Positions 1 through 14,373 are shown, counted from the stretch's first letter. The stretch is 64,000 bases of DNA from Cyanophora paradoxa CCMP329 (GCA_004431415.1 QPMI01000432.1:372001-436000), one strand, 5' to 3'. Notes: generated by a model from the sequence alone, not told the origin. Numbers and translations: made by a program.

Positions 1-3000
1 CTCGCCAGGTTGTCCGCCGCCTCGCCGCCCGTCCAGACGAGGGTCGCGACGAAGACGTCCCCGGGGGTCTCGCGGGCGTTGCCGTACGAGTCGGTGGCGA
101 GGACGAAGTAGGAGGCGTTGACGCCGGCCCGCAGCGAGTCGAGGACGGCGGCGCCGGGGGCGCGCTGGCACGGGCTGACGACGTCGAGGAGGCCGACCTC
201 TTGGGAGCACGTCTCGGCCACGTAGGAGCGGGAGGCGTTCGTCGCGCCGACGACGACGCGCAGCACGAGCGGCGCCCGCGGGGCGACGACGCCATCGATG
301 GCGACGACGAGCTCGTAGGTGCCCTTGATGTTCGCAACGAAGGTCACGACGTAGGGCGATCCCGGGCCGTCGCGCTGCGTCGGGTTGCCCATCGGGAGCG
401 CGACGCCCAGGTTGCTCGACGCGTTCCCGACGAAGGAGGCCGAGTAGGAGTTGTAGGGGCGGAGGTTCCCCGCCGAGTCGCGCACGCGGACCACGAAGCT
501 CGACTCGCGGCCGGCCTCGAGCTCCGCCGCCAGCTCCACGAGCGTCTGCGACGGGTCGACGGGGCCCGCCGTGATGGTGATCGCGAAGGAGGCGACGTCG
601 GCGACGGGCGCGCCGTTGATGGTGACGACGAGGCCGTAGGCGCCGGAGACGGCGCTCCTGTACGTGAAGGTGTAGTTGCCGTCGCCCACGTCCACGATCG
701 GGCCGATCTCGAGGGCCGACGACGACGCCGTGACCACGACCGAGTCACCGCCGGCGCAGCGCGAGTAGTTGCCCGTGTCGAAGGCGCGGACGGCGAGGGT
801 GCGGAGCTGGGTTGCCTCGGTGGAGAAGGGGCCCTCGAGGCGCGAGGCGGCCGCGGAGGTCCGCGCCGCGTCGCCGATGACCGTCACGTTGAGGCCGCGC
901 GCAATGGAGACGCTCGTGCCGTCGGGCGAGGCGCGCCCGACGGGGATGCTGCGGAGGCCCGTCGCCAGGGCGCAGATGGGGTCGCCCGTCTGCAGCGGCG
1001 GGATGAGGACCGAGACGTTGCCGGCGCCCGTGTCCGAGGGCATCGCGTGCGCGTCCAGCAGCCGCGCGCCCGAGTTGGAGATCTGCACGCCCAGCAGTGC
1101 CGCCAGCTGCCGCAGGTAGTTCGTGCGCGTGGCGGCCCCGGCGAGCTGCGCCTGCACGCTCGCGAGGTCCTGCCCCGTCGTGAACGACACGTTGACGGCT
1201 GCCGCGGCGCGTCAGCGAAAGGCGAGGCGCGCACGCGCGCAGTCGGCCGCGTTGGCAAAGCGCACTTTGGAAGGCGCGGGCGAGGACGGTGACGGAGAGC
1301 GTGGCGGTGGCGCTGGCGCCGAGATCGTTCGAGACGGTGAGGTTGAAGAGGTAGCGCCCGCGCGTGTTGAGGTTCGTCAGCTGCAGGGGCGCCCCCGGGA
1401 AGACGGCCCCCGCGGGGAAGTCCGTGAACGTGAGGCCGTCCGCGGAGACCAGCGTGAGGAGGGAGCGGGGCGGCGCCTCCACAAGACCCCACTGCAGCGA
1501 CGTGATGGAGCCCGACGGGTACAGGTTCTGGTCGCGGCTCGCGCTGCCGAGGGTGAGGATCCAGGCCGGCATGTTGACCGTGGCCGCCGTCGCCGAGCCC
1601 GTCGCGTCCGTCGCGTCCACGCTGAAGAAGGCCCCGTCGCCCGCCGCCGTCGGCGCGATCACCGGGAGCGGCGGCAGCACGACTGCGGAGCGGGGCGCGT
1701 GAGGAGGGGCGGCGGCCAACGCAATGCAAAGCGAACGGCTGCCGCGGCGCACCGCGGGCGACGGTGACGAGGAACGGGCTGCCGGGCACGGCCACCCCGT
1801 TCACGAGGACGCTGACTTGGGCGGTGTAGCCGGCGAAGGACTTGATGTTCTGGGGCGTGTAGGAGACCTGCCAGAGTCCCTGCGCCGACTCGGCGACGGC
1901 GGGCGCCGCGGCGGTCGTCCCCACGAGGCTCGGCACGAAGGCGTCCGTGGGGCCGACGACCACCGAGGCCGTCACCGCGCTGGCGAGGGCGCCCTGCGTG
2001 CGGCGCCGCCGCGTGAGGCCGGGGCGAGAGACATCGGCGGCGGGCGCGGGGCGAGCGAACCGTGTCGCAGGCGAAGAAGAAGAGGTCGCGGGTCTGGACG
2101 GTGAAGGAGGCCGCCTGGCCGACCGTCGCCGCCGACAGGCCCGTCCCCGACACGACCGTGTGCGCGGGCACGGCCCGGCCCCGGACGATGTTCATCGCGA
2201 GGGGCGCCCCCGAGATGGGCCCCCGCCCGTCGACGGTGAGGGAGAAGTTGTACTGCTGGAAGGCCGTGAGGTTGAACTCGACGTCCCAGAGGTTGCCGCC
2301 GAGGGGCCGCTGGACGAACGAGGCCGCCTCGGGGACGGTGGAGACGTTGAGGACGGGGGCGCCCGAGACGACGGGGTTCTTGAATGCGTCGAAGAGGGCC
2401 ACCTGCACGTTCACCTTCAGGCTGTCCGACACCGCCCACCGGATCTCGCTCTGCCCCGCGTCGCTCGCCGCTGCAGCCCCGCCCGCGCCCGTCAGCAACG
2501 GAGTCGGCGGCGGCGTCGGCAAGGAAAAAGAATGGTGTCGCACCGTGGACGACGGTGACGTTGAACGGGGAGCCGGCGATGTGGCGGCCCTTGCCGCCCA
2601 GCGTGACGACGGAGAGGCGGTACGCGCCGGCGACGACGGCCGACCACGCGCCCACGTACGTCCCGTTGAGCGCGTCCGTGACGGTGACCGGCGCGGCGCG
2701 GGGGCCCTCGAGGGTCGCCCCGAAGACCTCCCCGCCCACGCCCACCGGGCTCCCCGCCGCGTCGGTCGCCTGCATGACGAACTGGGCGGGAACGCCGGCC
2801 GTGCCGTTGGCCGTGCCGGCGCCCCACGCGATGGCCCCGCCCAGCCCGTAGACCTCGCCGTCGGAGGCGAGGGCCGAGAGGCGCTGGGCGCCGGGCAGCG
2901 GGGCCGCGAGGAAGGGCCCCGCGGCGGCGGCGGCGAGGCCGAGGAGGCCGGCCGAGCCGTCGGAGAGGACGTAGGACATGAAGACGGCCTTGTTCTTCAC

Positions 3001-4443
3001 GTCCAGCGACTGCACGTAGAGGTACTTCGAGCTCGACGGCAGCACGCCCGACTGGGCGCCCCACGGCGCGAGCGCCCCCGTCGCCATGTCGAACTGCGCC
3101 GCCTCAGACAGAGCAGGCGGAGCCGGGGCGGGGCGTGGCGGGGCGGGGCGGGCGCGGACGGTGCGGAGGGCGTGGGAGTCGTCGGCGCGGTCGTCGACGC
3201 CGGCGATGAGGAGGCCGGCCTCGTAGTCGAACATTAGGGACGAGATGCGCACCGTCGAGCCGGCCGCCACGGCCCGCGCCGTGCAGGCCGCCGCCGGGGC
3301 GCCGGGGGCCGCCAGCGGGCAGCGCAGGACGGCGCGCGCCGGGCGCTCGGCGACGAAGAAGAAGGCGTCGGCGAGGGGGTCCATGGCGCAGACGCCCAGC
3401 GCGACGGCGGCGGCCGAGGTGGCGGGGGCCGTCGCGGCCGGCGCGGCGTACGCCCCGTCGGAGAGGGAGACGCGGACGACGCAGTGGGCCGAGACGGGGC
3501 AGCGCCCGCCCGAGTCGTCCGTGATGAGCGCCGCCAGCGCGCGCTGGTGCGGGTACACCACGGCGCAGGCGCGGCGGACCCAGGGCACGGCCGGCAGGCT
3601 CGCCAGGACGGAGCCAGAGGCGGTGGAGAGGACGCGGATGCCCCGCGCCGTGTCGCCCGTGACGAGCGTCCGGTTCGCGAAGCCGCGGGCCGTCGTCCCG
3701 AGGGAGAGGGGCTGCCCGGCGAGGCTCGAGATCGGGCTTGTGGCGGCCGTCGTGCGGCTGACCGCCACCCAGCTCGCCCCGTCGGGGCCCGCCCCCGCCT
3801 CCAGCACGCCCCACGCCACGTTGCTCGCGTACTCCGCCGGCGCCGCCGCCTGCAGCAGCCGCCGGCCCGCCGCCGCCGCCGCCGCCGGCGGCGGCGCGGG
3901 GCGCTCCCCAGCGGGGGCGTCCGAGGCGGCGCGGGGCGGTGCCGGCGGCTCGAGGAGGAGGGCGACGGTCGCTGTGTGGACCACCGCGGCGTTCAGCGCG
4001 GGGTCCGCCGCCGCCACCTCGAACTCATCTCCTTCCTTTCGCTCCTCTTTGCGAGGACGATCGGCGGCGCCCTGCGCCGCGCCCTCGCTCTCCGCCTCGA
4101 AGACGACGGAGAAGGACGGGAGGGTGGCCGGCGCCGCGGCCACGGGCTGGTCTTCCCGCCGGCCGTCCGGGTGCACGGGATAGATGCGCCCCCGCGCCGG
4201 GAGCCTCTGCAGGACGGCCACGAGGCCGCTGCAGTCCTCCCGGCCGCAGGGGAGCCTGACCGCCGCAGACTCGCCCTCGCGCACGCGCAGTAGCCAGATC
4301 CCATCCTGCGCTGCCTCCACATGACTTCTTTCAGGCCCGACCTCGCCCAGTGCGCCGCAGGCCCTCAACGCTGCGGTCAGGGTCACGCTCTCTGAAGGAG
4401 TTCCCGGCGGCGCGCTCCACCGAATCGGGGGCACCTGCACCAC
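1..4443 (-). CDS. Large filamin/Ig-like repeat protein with a PKD-like domain, probably extracellular; multi-exon, runs off the window at its 3' end, 5' end uncertain
   Basis: Repeated filamin-type motifs (ASFTVQTRD, DALNGTYVGAW...GSPFNVTV, VPGSPFLVTV, DGNYTFTY) and a PKD-like segment (SLQWGLVEAP...GRYLFNLTVSNDLGASATATLSVTV) in ORFs 1972-4443, 1659-2543, 884-1975 and 745-1752, joined by short GT-AG introns. Confidence 0.75.
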
Positions 4444-5403
4444 ACAGGATACATAATATGAAGACTAAAGGTGGGTTGAAGTGTTGCTGTAAACCCGAGA
4501 AGCGTCGGCGCCGATCTGGGGCGCGTGAGGGTGGGAGGGTTGGCGTGAGGAACGGGCGGGCTTACACGCGGCGCCTCTGCTCTCGCCAGGCATTGCGCCT
4601 GCTCGCAGAGCACTAGGACGCCGCAGCGCCTGTCGGACGTAAGTGGGGAAGTCCAACGCGAGGTTGCCACGGCTAGCGCACCGGATCTGAGAGGCGCCAC
4701 CTTTGCTAATATGCTTAGCTATGTTCAATGATGCAAAACCGTGCTAATCAGCCGAAGCTATCGCTTTCGGAGCACTCTGATTGAAGTTGCTCGGCGCTAC
4801 CAGCTGGTGTCCGTGGCGCGGTTGGTGTCACAAGGGTGCCTCGAAGCAGCTTGATAATAGCTAACAAAGCCAACCAGACCGACCCAAACTGATCGGAGGC
4901 CGGCTTCGACTGCCACGAGGCAAGGTTCCAGTGCGCACGAAGCGAACTCTACCCGGCTTGGCGGCTGGTGACCGCTGGTCTGCTGCCGCTGGCCGGAGTC
5001 TGGTCAAATGTTGGAAGCTTCCTTGCTCAAGCTGCTCGCTTCTCTCGCGCCCCCGCGCTCCCGCGATCCCGCGCGGCGGTTCATTTCTCCGAGGCTCTGC
5101 GCGCGTCGGCGGCCTGGCTTCCGCTTTCGAGCTCCGCTCTCTGAAAAGCGCGCAATGCAATTGAGCTGTCGGGTCGAGAACCCCGCCACGGGGCTTTTGG
5201 CCGGACCCGCCTTCAAATTTGATCTCGCGGGCTCAGTCCGACGGTCAGGGGGTGCCCCCGCTTAGCGGCTGACACAGTGCGAAGTGTTCCATGAGGCTCG
5301 TTTAGTCCGCTGAAATGAGCTCGTGCGCCGGCGCGCTTGGCTTCCATTGAGCTCGACCGGCTCCTTTACCCCCACAGTACATAGCCACTGGGCCAGCTGA
5401 AGG

Positions 5404-6568
5404 ATGCGCAGCCTCGCAGTCATCACCGGCGGCTCCCAGGGGTTCGGCAGGGCGTTCGCAGCTGAGCTCGCACGGGCGGTGCCCGCGACGGACTTTGCGC
5501 TGCTCGCCCGCAATGCGGCGGGCATGCGCGAGACCGAGGCAGAGATCAAGGCCGCCTCGCCCAGCTCGGCTGTTCACATCTTCCCCATTGATCTAGGCGA
5601 CCTCAGCACGCTCGAGGCGAAGTACGAGGACGTCCTGAGCAAGGTGCGCGTTGGTGGATCCGCACGAGAGTGCGGCGCTCGATCGCATGCGCCGCCGCGC
5701 GCGAGAGTCTGCAGCAACCCCTGGATGCAGTGAACTAGCCGCAGCTTTAGCCTCACGCCCCGCGCGCGGGACCCGGGCCAAGTTCATGATTGCTCCGCTC
5801 GCGCGCAGCTCGATCCGACGCCCTACTCCCGGGCGATCCTGCTCAACAATGCCGGCATCATCGGCGACCAAGTGCGCGCGCGCGCCGCTTGCGGCCCGCG
5901 CTCGCCCCCTGCGCCTCCAGCTGGGCGCTGTACATGTCGAGATCTGATCCGACCCCGCACAGGTCAACGTGCGGGACTACAAGCTCGCCACGCTGCGCGC
6001 GAACATCGATCTCAGCGTCACGTCGATGACCTACGTGACCGCGCGCTTCCTGGCCAAATTCGCCCCGCTGCCGCCGGCGCCGGCCCGCAAGGTCGTCGTC
6101 GTGCACGTCTCCTCCCTGGCCGCCCTGCAGCCGTTCGGCAGCTGGGGGCAGTACTGCACCGGCCGCGCCGCCCGCGACATGCTGCACAGGGCTGTCGCCT
6201 CTGAGGAGGTGCGCCGGCGCCCGCGCGAAGGAAAGCCAACCCCCCCCCGCCGAGCTGACGGGCCCGGCGCCGGCCGCGCAGAAAGACGCAGGGACGAGCG
6301 TGCGGACGCTGAACTACGCGCCGGGCCCCATGGACACGGCGATGACCCGCGCGGTGCGGGAGTCGGACGTGCCCCTCCAGAAAGTCTTCAAGGACATGCA
6401 CGAGAAGGTCCGAAGTCGACCCCCCGGCAACGGATCTGCTTTAAATCTCACGCCGGGGCGCCGTAGGGCCAGATGGTGGACCCGTACGCCTCGGCCAAGA
6501 AGCTGGTGGGGCTCGTCGAGAAGGACGAGTTCGAATCCGGGGCCCACCTCGACTACTTCGACGTTTAG
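5404..6568 (+). CDS. SPR: Sepiapterin reductase-like short-chain dehydrogenase (multi-exon)
   Basis: TGGSQGFG, LLNNAG, SSLAALQPFGSWGQYCTGRAARDM, TLNYAPGPMDT and C-terminal FESGAHLDYFDV* match the sepiapterin reductase motif series. Confidence 0.88.
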
Positions 6569-6710
6569 GAGTAGCGTAGCGCAGGCGTGCAGTTTAAAGA
6601 GGACTCAATGAATTACGGCAAGCAGGTTGCAGACCGCAACCGACGCGCAGACAGAGAGAGCGGGCGGGCCCGGAACCCAGACAGCTCCAGAGAGCTCGAG
6701 CTCAGGCGGC

Positions 6711-8592
6711 TCAGAAGGAGACCGAGATGGTCTTGGTCTGGAAGGGCCGGGTGGCGGAGGGGCCGCCCTTCTTGGCGTTGGGCGCGTCCGGCATGACCTC
6801 GTACTGGAAGATGCTCCCGTACTCCTCCTGCGGGGGCGAACGGTCAGCCGAACGGCGTGGCGGGAGCGGGCGCAGAGGAAAACGTTTAGCACCATGCATG
6901 CGCGGATCTTGTCGGCCGTGTCGCGGATGAGGACCTTCTTGCCAGCCTGCGCGACACCGGTCAGCGCGGCTGGATGCGGCTGGGCCGCCTGGGCGGGCGC
7001 GGGGGGTACCTTGATGAGATCGCGCGCGATGAGAAGCTTTTGGGACTCTTCGATGATGGGGACGGGGCAGTTGGCCTTGTAAGCGACGTCCTCGAACTCG
7101 TACACGTCCAGGTTCTGCGAACGAAGGGCCTCAGAGGAGGGCGGAGTGGGGCGGGGCGGCGGGCAGGGCGGGGCGGCGGACGCGGCACCTTCTTGAGGAG
7201 CTCCTCGACCATGATCTTGCGGTGCAGGTTGTTGTACTCGTCCGTGGCGTTCGAGATGAGCGGCTTGATCCCCACGGACTCGGCGTACTGGGCCAGCGCG
7301 CGGTTGTCGCGGGGGAAGCAGGGCCCTCCGTAGCCGTAACCGGGCCGCAGGTACTTGTTGCCCACACGCGTGTCCGCCCCGATAGCCTGCGCAGCGCCGC
7401 GGCGTAAGTCTAAAAAAGGGAAGAAGAAAGAAAGGGAAGGAATGCCGGGCGCGCGTGCCTGCAGGATGTCGTACTTGTTGGCGCCGGGCGTGCGGTCGGC
7501 GATGTCGCCGATGTAGTTGGCGTAGCTGATCTTCGTCGTCACGAAGCAGTTCAGCGAGATCTTGCAGATCTCAGCGGAGGAGGCGCTCATGCTGCCCGGG
7601 CGTGAGCAACGACGGCGCTGCGCGGCCGCGCACCCTCCCGGCCCCCGGCACTCCAAGCTGCGAGCGAGCGAGCGCACCGGGCGACGCGCGGCTGGTTGTC
7701 GCACATCTCGAGGTAGATCTTCTCGAGCACGTCGCCGGCGTCCTTGGAGCCCTCGCCGATGAGGACCATGTCGGGGTTCAGGAACGTCTGGATGATCTCG
7801 CCCTGCCGCCCCAGCCCGGTTGGGCCCGCCCGGGCGCGAGAAGGGGAGCGGCGCATTCACCTGGGCAATGAACTCCGGGTTGTAGGAGAGCGAGGTGTTC
7901 ACGCAGTCGCGGAGCGCGAACTTGCCGACTTCGTTGATGTAGCCGGGCAGGACGGTGCAGCCGATGACCACGTGCTTGTTCTGCACCTTGCGGGCGTTGA
8001 TGTCCGAAAGGATGCGCTGCGGAGGTCCCCGGTAAGCGGCCGGGGACCGCGAGGGACGCGCATGCGGCCAATAGCCCTGGCGTCACGTGCACTAGCTACG
8101 GCCCGCGCCTCCGAGCGGCGCGCGGCGCGCGCGGCGCGGCGGCCAACGCACAGTGAGGGTCGAGTGGTCGTAGAAGCGGTCGCCGCCAGAGTTCGGCGTG
8201 GCGCAGAAGATCATCAGGATGTCAGAGAACGCGATGGCCTCGTCCATGCTGGTGGTCGCGCGGAAGTTCTTGCCTGCGGGGCCGGTCAGTTAGCCACGAC
8301 GAATGGCAGCTCAGGCGCCACGCGGCGCGGCCGGGCGCGGGATCAACGCACTAGCCTGCAGGAACTCCTCCACAAACGGCTCGGGCGAGCGCAGCGTCTT
8401 CTTGTTGATTGCGTCCACATAAGAAGGGAACACATCGACACCGAGCACCTCGTAGCCCGCGCGGTCGAGGCTCAGCGCCACGCAGATGCCGAGGCTGCGC
8501 GGGGCAGTTGGGCGAGGAAGCGGCGCGGCTTCGCCTGCTGCGAAAACGGCTCACCGGCCCACACCGATGACGGAGATCTTGCCCTTGGACAT
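6711..8592 (-). CDS. UDP-glucose/GDP-mannose dehydrogenase family protein (multi-exon)
   Basis: Spliced product has VIGVGRLG (NAD binding), SYNPEFIAQG, KISLNCFVTTKISYAN and GYGYGGPCFPRD (catalytic Cys). Confidence 0.9.
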
Positions 8593-8671
8593 GGTGCTTC
8601 GGTTTGGCGCGAGGAGGCTCGTGAACTTGCTTGCGAACGAAGTGTCGGGGTACATTCCTCTAAACCTCAGG

Positions 8672-9428
8672 ATGCGTGGCGCTCTCCTCCTTGCCCTCGG
8701 TGTCGCGGGTGCGTCCCGAATCGGCACTCAACAGCAGTTTTCCTCGTCGACCGCACTGACTCCGCCCGCGCTGCAGCGGTCCTCTTCGCGCTGGCAGGTG
8801 AGGCTCCCTGCCAGCTGCTGGGGTTTGGAATGCCGGGGATCGGAACGGGATGCAGTACTAGCTTCTCTAGACGCATGCCGCCCGAGCCCCGCCGTTGCCG
8901 TGCCTCGAAAGCTAGCGCCTAGCTCTGCGACGCGCAGAGGCCACTTGCGTCTGCCCTGCGGTCTACGATCCTGTGTGCGGCGACGACGGCCACACGGTTT
9001 GCCCCGGCACTCACTGGGGCCGTCCTGGCGCCCCCATGGCCAGTCTGACGGCCCGTGTCGGATGCAGTACGGGAACCGCTGCCGGGCTACTTGTGCCGGC
9101 GTTAAGATTCTATACGACGGCCCTTGCGAGGCGTCCCAGGGAGACAAAGCGAAGACCGGGCGGACCCTGCGTGCGTGCCTGATGCCCGCGCTACCAAATG
9201 TTGTGTTTGTGTTAAGACTCCCCCGCACAGTGAACGAGGATCGCCCCAGCTGCATATGCACACGCCAGTACGCCCCTGTCTGTGGCGAGGACGGCCACAC
9301 GGTCAGCCTCGCGCTGCTCCCCGCTTTGTTTGCAATGTGCTTACTGCCGGGCGGCGCAGTACGGCAATAGCTGCCAGGCACAGTGTTCAAAGGTCGAAGT
9401 GCAGCATCAAGGGGCATGCAAGAAGTGA
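8672..9428 (+). CDS. Secreted two-domain Kazal-type serine protease inhibitor
   Basis: Signal-like MRGALLLALGVAAVLFALA; domains CVCPAVYDPVCGDDGHT|YGNRCRATC...GPC and CICTRQYAPVCGEDGHT|YGNSCQAQC...GAC. Confidence 0.9.
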
Positions 9429-9819
9429 GCGGGCGCTCGGGATCTCGAACACCCTCTGTCACCCTGTACAGATAGATAGCCTTGTGTTATTTTTGTGCAT
9501 CAGATTAATTCGGCCCCCGCCAGCTCAGTCGCACCCTTCCCCTGGCGTCTCTGACCCAGTCCCGCCCTCAATGCAAAGTAACTTGCAAATCAATTATGCG
9601 TTGAAAATCTGTGGAAACAGAAAGAGCGCTGAAACAGGTATCGCTGCTGACTAGCAGCGAGCAAAATCACGAGGAGAAGCGCCGGAAAGGAACGGGAGGG
9701 GCGCTTCGGACGGGGAGGGGGAAGAAAGAGATCGATACACCAGCATCGCAGGACCGCGAGGCCGGAAACTGCACTGTGACCTACAAGGATCGTCTACATC
9801 TCCTAAAAGCAGGAGCTGT

Positions 9820-11357
<1,538 letters not shown>

Positions 11358-11794
11358 GGTGCTGGCCTACGGACGAGCTGCTTTGGCGAGCGAACGGTTT
11401 GTGGTGGTACCCCCACTGCTCGGTCGTACCCCGGCCGCAGGACTGTCACGACTGTGCGGACTGACAGGCGAGCAGTTCGTCCTTTGCGGCGCTTGCACTG
11501 TTCTTCTGTGCACGTGCGCTATGCGAGACTGCGCTTGCGCTATACTGCGCACTCGCTTCTGGCCGCAGCCGTTATTTTAACTGCCGCCGGCGCCGACGTG
11601 GCGGCTTGCACGCGCGCAGCACGCATCGCATCGTTCTTGCTATTTACATCAAAGAGTGCACGCTCGCCGCGTCACGCGCGTCGGCCAGAGGCCTCGTCAA
11701 TATCGGTGAATTACGCTGCGGTGAATTACGTACAGTACACGGCCCGCCCGGCGGTGCCCTCAGAGCCTGGACATTGGGAGGACTAGAGCGGCGG

Positions 11795-14373
11795 CTAGAA
11801 AGGGCGACGAGTGGCGCCGACGATGGGGGACGGCTCGTGGAACATGAGGGCGTCCATAGCCGCGCGCGCCTGCGCGAGCTGCGGGGGCGGAGGTCGGCGC
11901 TGGGCGGGGACGGGCTCGGGGCGGCGCGGAGGCACGCGTGGCGCACGACGAAGTCGGAGCGGGCTGGGGGTCCCTGGCGCGCGGGGCGGCTGACGATGAG
12001 CTTCCGCGGGGCCGGCATGATCCAGTTCTTGACGTGCTCGTCCCCTGCATCGGAGGTGAGGGCGCGGCTCGGGGCGGGCCGGGCCGGGGCGGGGCGGACC
12101 GTCGAAGATGACGCCGGAAGGGGGCGCCCGGGAGTAGAACTCGGGGGCCGGCTCGGGGGGCGGGGGCGGGGCGGCCGGCTCCGGGGGCGGCGTCCTGGCG
12201 CGCTCCTCGGGGGGCGGCGTCTCGGGGGGAGTCGCGTACACCTGCGGGCCGGCTCAGCGCTCCTGGGAAGGAAGCGGTGGGGCCGGGGGCGGGGCGGGAG
12301 GACCTTGGGCTTCTTCATGGCGGAGCGCGCCGGCTTCTGCTGGAGCAGGGCGACGGGGTCCGGGGTCGTGGGGCGGGACGCCGGCGTGGCCGAGGCCGAA
12401 GGCGCCTCCGAGGCCGTCCCGTCGGAGGCGGCCCCGCGCGCCGCCGCCGCCGCCGCCGCGCCGGCCTCCCCAGCCTCGGGCGACGGCGAGGGCTCCGGGC
12501 GGCCGGCGCGACCTCGGCCGGGCCTCGGCCGGCGGTGCACGCGGGGCGGCCGCGGCGGGAGGGCGCTGGAGGGGCCGGGCCCGGCGGAGGCCTCGAGCTC
12601 AGGGCCCGCGGCGGCGTCGGCGACAGCCTGCCAGACCTTGTCTGCGAGTCGGCAGGCGGCGGGCGGTCAGGTCAGGCAGCGGCGCGGGGAGGCGCGGGGG
12701 AGGCGGGCGGGTCGGTCACCGGAGTCGGCGGTGTCCGGGCGCATGGTGAAGCTGCTGTGGCCCTTCCGGAGGGCGCTCCTCAGCGGCCGCGGCACGGGGC
12801 TCGACCCCGATCCAGAGCCCGAGGCGGAGCCCGAGGCGGCGCCGGCGGGGGAGGCGGCGCCGGGCATGGAGTCCTCGCCGCCGCCAGGGGACTCCCAGGG
12901 GGCCAGGGCCGCGTCGGGGCCCGCCTCGACGGGCGACGCGGCGCGGGGCGGTGGCGGGGGCGGGGTCGGCCCCGACCCCGCCCCCGCCTCCTCCTCGGGC
13001 TCGGCGGGGCCCGGGGCCTCCTCGACCGACTCGAGGGCGGCGGCGAGGGCCTCGGGCGGGGGGGAGGGGGGCCCCGCCGCCTCCCCGAGGTCGATCCCGA
13101 GGCCCGAGTCGGAGAGGGTGGAGGGCGTGAGGACGCCCCTGAGCTCCGGGTGCGCTGCAATGAAGGCCTGCATCTCGCGGCGCATCTCCTCCTCCTGCCT
13201 TCGCTGCTCCTCGGCCGCCCGCGCCCGCTCCAGCGCCCGCTGCTCCGCCTCGCGCGCCATGCGCTCCATGTGCGCCGCCGCCTGCGTCACCCGCGCCGGC
13301 GAGGAGGCCGACGCCTCCGCCGGCGACGCGGCCCGTAGGTCCCCCGGGAACACCCTAGACTGCGAGTGCTGCAGGCTGCGCCGCGGGTCAGCCCCGGCGG
13401 GCGCGGATGGGAGGGCGGCGCGGACCTGCGGTCGAGGTGCGGGGGCGGCTGCGCCGCGAGCCACCAGGCGGGGCCCGAGGGCTCCGGCGAGAGGTCTTTC
13501 CTCCTCCGCCGCGCCGCGATCTCGGCCATCTGCAGCCCTGGCCCCTCAGCGAGCGGCGCCGCTGGCGGGCGGGCAGATGCTAGATGGGCCGACCTTGCCG
13601 TGCTTCGGGTGGCGCTGGCGGCGGAGATCGGTGCAGCGGCGCCTGCGGGCCTCGTCCTCGAGAGCGCGGCGCATGTTCCGCGCCCGCACGTCCCGCTCCA
13701 CCAGCTCAGACGCCGTCGCCTCCTCCGGCAGCGCCGTCCCCGGCCGCAGCGTGACGAACGCCCGGTTGCAGAACTCCGGCGCGCTGTGCACCCTATTCAG
13801 CCGCTCCAGCTTCATGCGCGGGTCCTCCATCGCCGACGCTGCGCCGCGCGAGGGCGAGGTCAGGCCCCGCTCCGGCCGAGCGCCGCGCGCGGGCGCACTC
13901 TCGCCGTCGCCCATGGGGAACGTGTACGCGTCCTGGGCCAGCTTGAGCGCCTGCCGAAAGAGGATGCGCTGCGCGGGCGGGTTAGCGCCGACGTGGCGCG
14001 CGGTGGGCGGCAAGGCGGACCCCGCCCTCGTTGAAGGCATCTGCGGGGGAGCGGGGTCAGCTTGCGGGCAAGGCGCACAGGGGAGCGCGCGCGAGCAAGT
14101 GCGGAGGGCACCGTTGCGCCTTAGCATATAGTCTACGGACTCCCTCCACCTCGCCTTGTCATCCCTCAGCTGCTGGAGCCAATTGCGGTTCCGCACCGGG
14201 CCTGGCGCCGCGCGCATTCAGCAAGGGCCGGCGCACGCTGTCAGCGCATCAGGCGCACCGTCGCCGATGGGGACGTTGGCGAGGTAGGCGCGGGACTGCG
14301 TCTGCGGCTTGTCGTAGGTCCCGACGCCGAAGTCGTGGGGCTGGCCGCTGGAGTAGAGCCTGCTGCCTGGCAT
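11795..14373 (-). CDS. Hypothetical Pro/Ala/Glu-rich protein with a coiled-coil segment (multi-exon, approximate model)
   Basis: ATG at 14373 and codon-biased exons (NWLQQLRDDKARWRESVDY, ERMAREAEQRALE, EHVKNWIMPAPRK, MDALMFHEPSP) flanked by consensus splice sites; no recognisable family. Confidence 0.55.

Noticed and set aside
11606-14131. Very long track ORFs (for example 11606-14131 +, 16653-18173 +, 51393-54194 +)
   Set aside because: Antisense shadows or intron read-through caused by stop-codon scarcity in very GC-rich DNA
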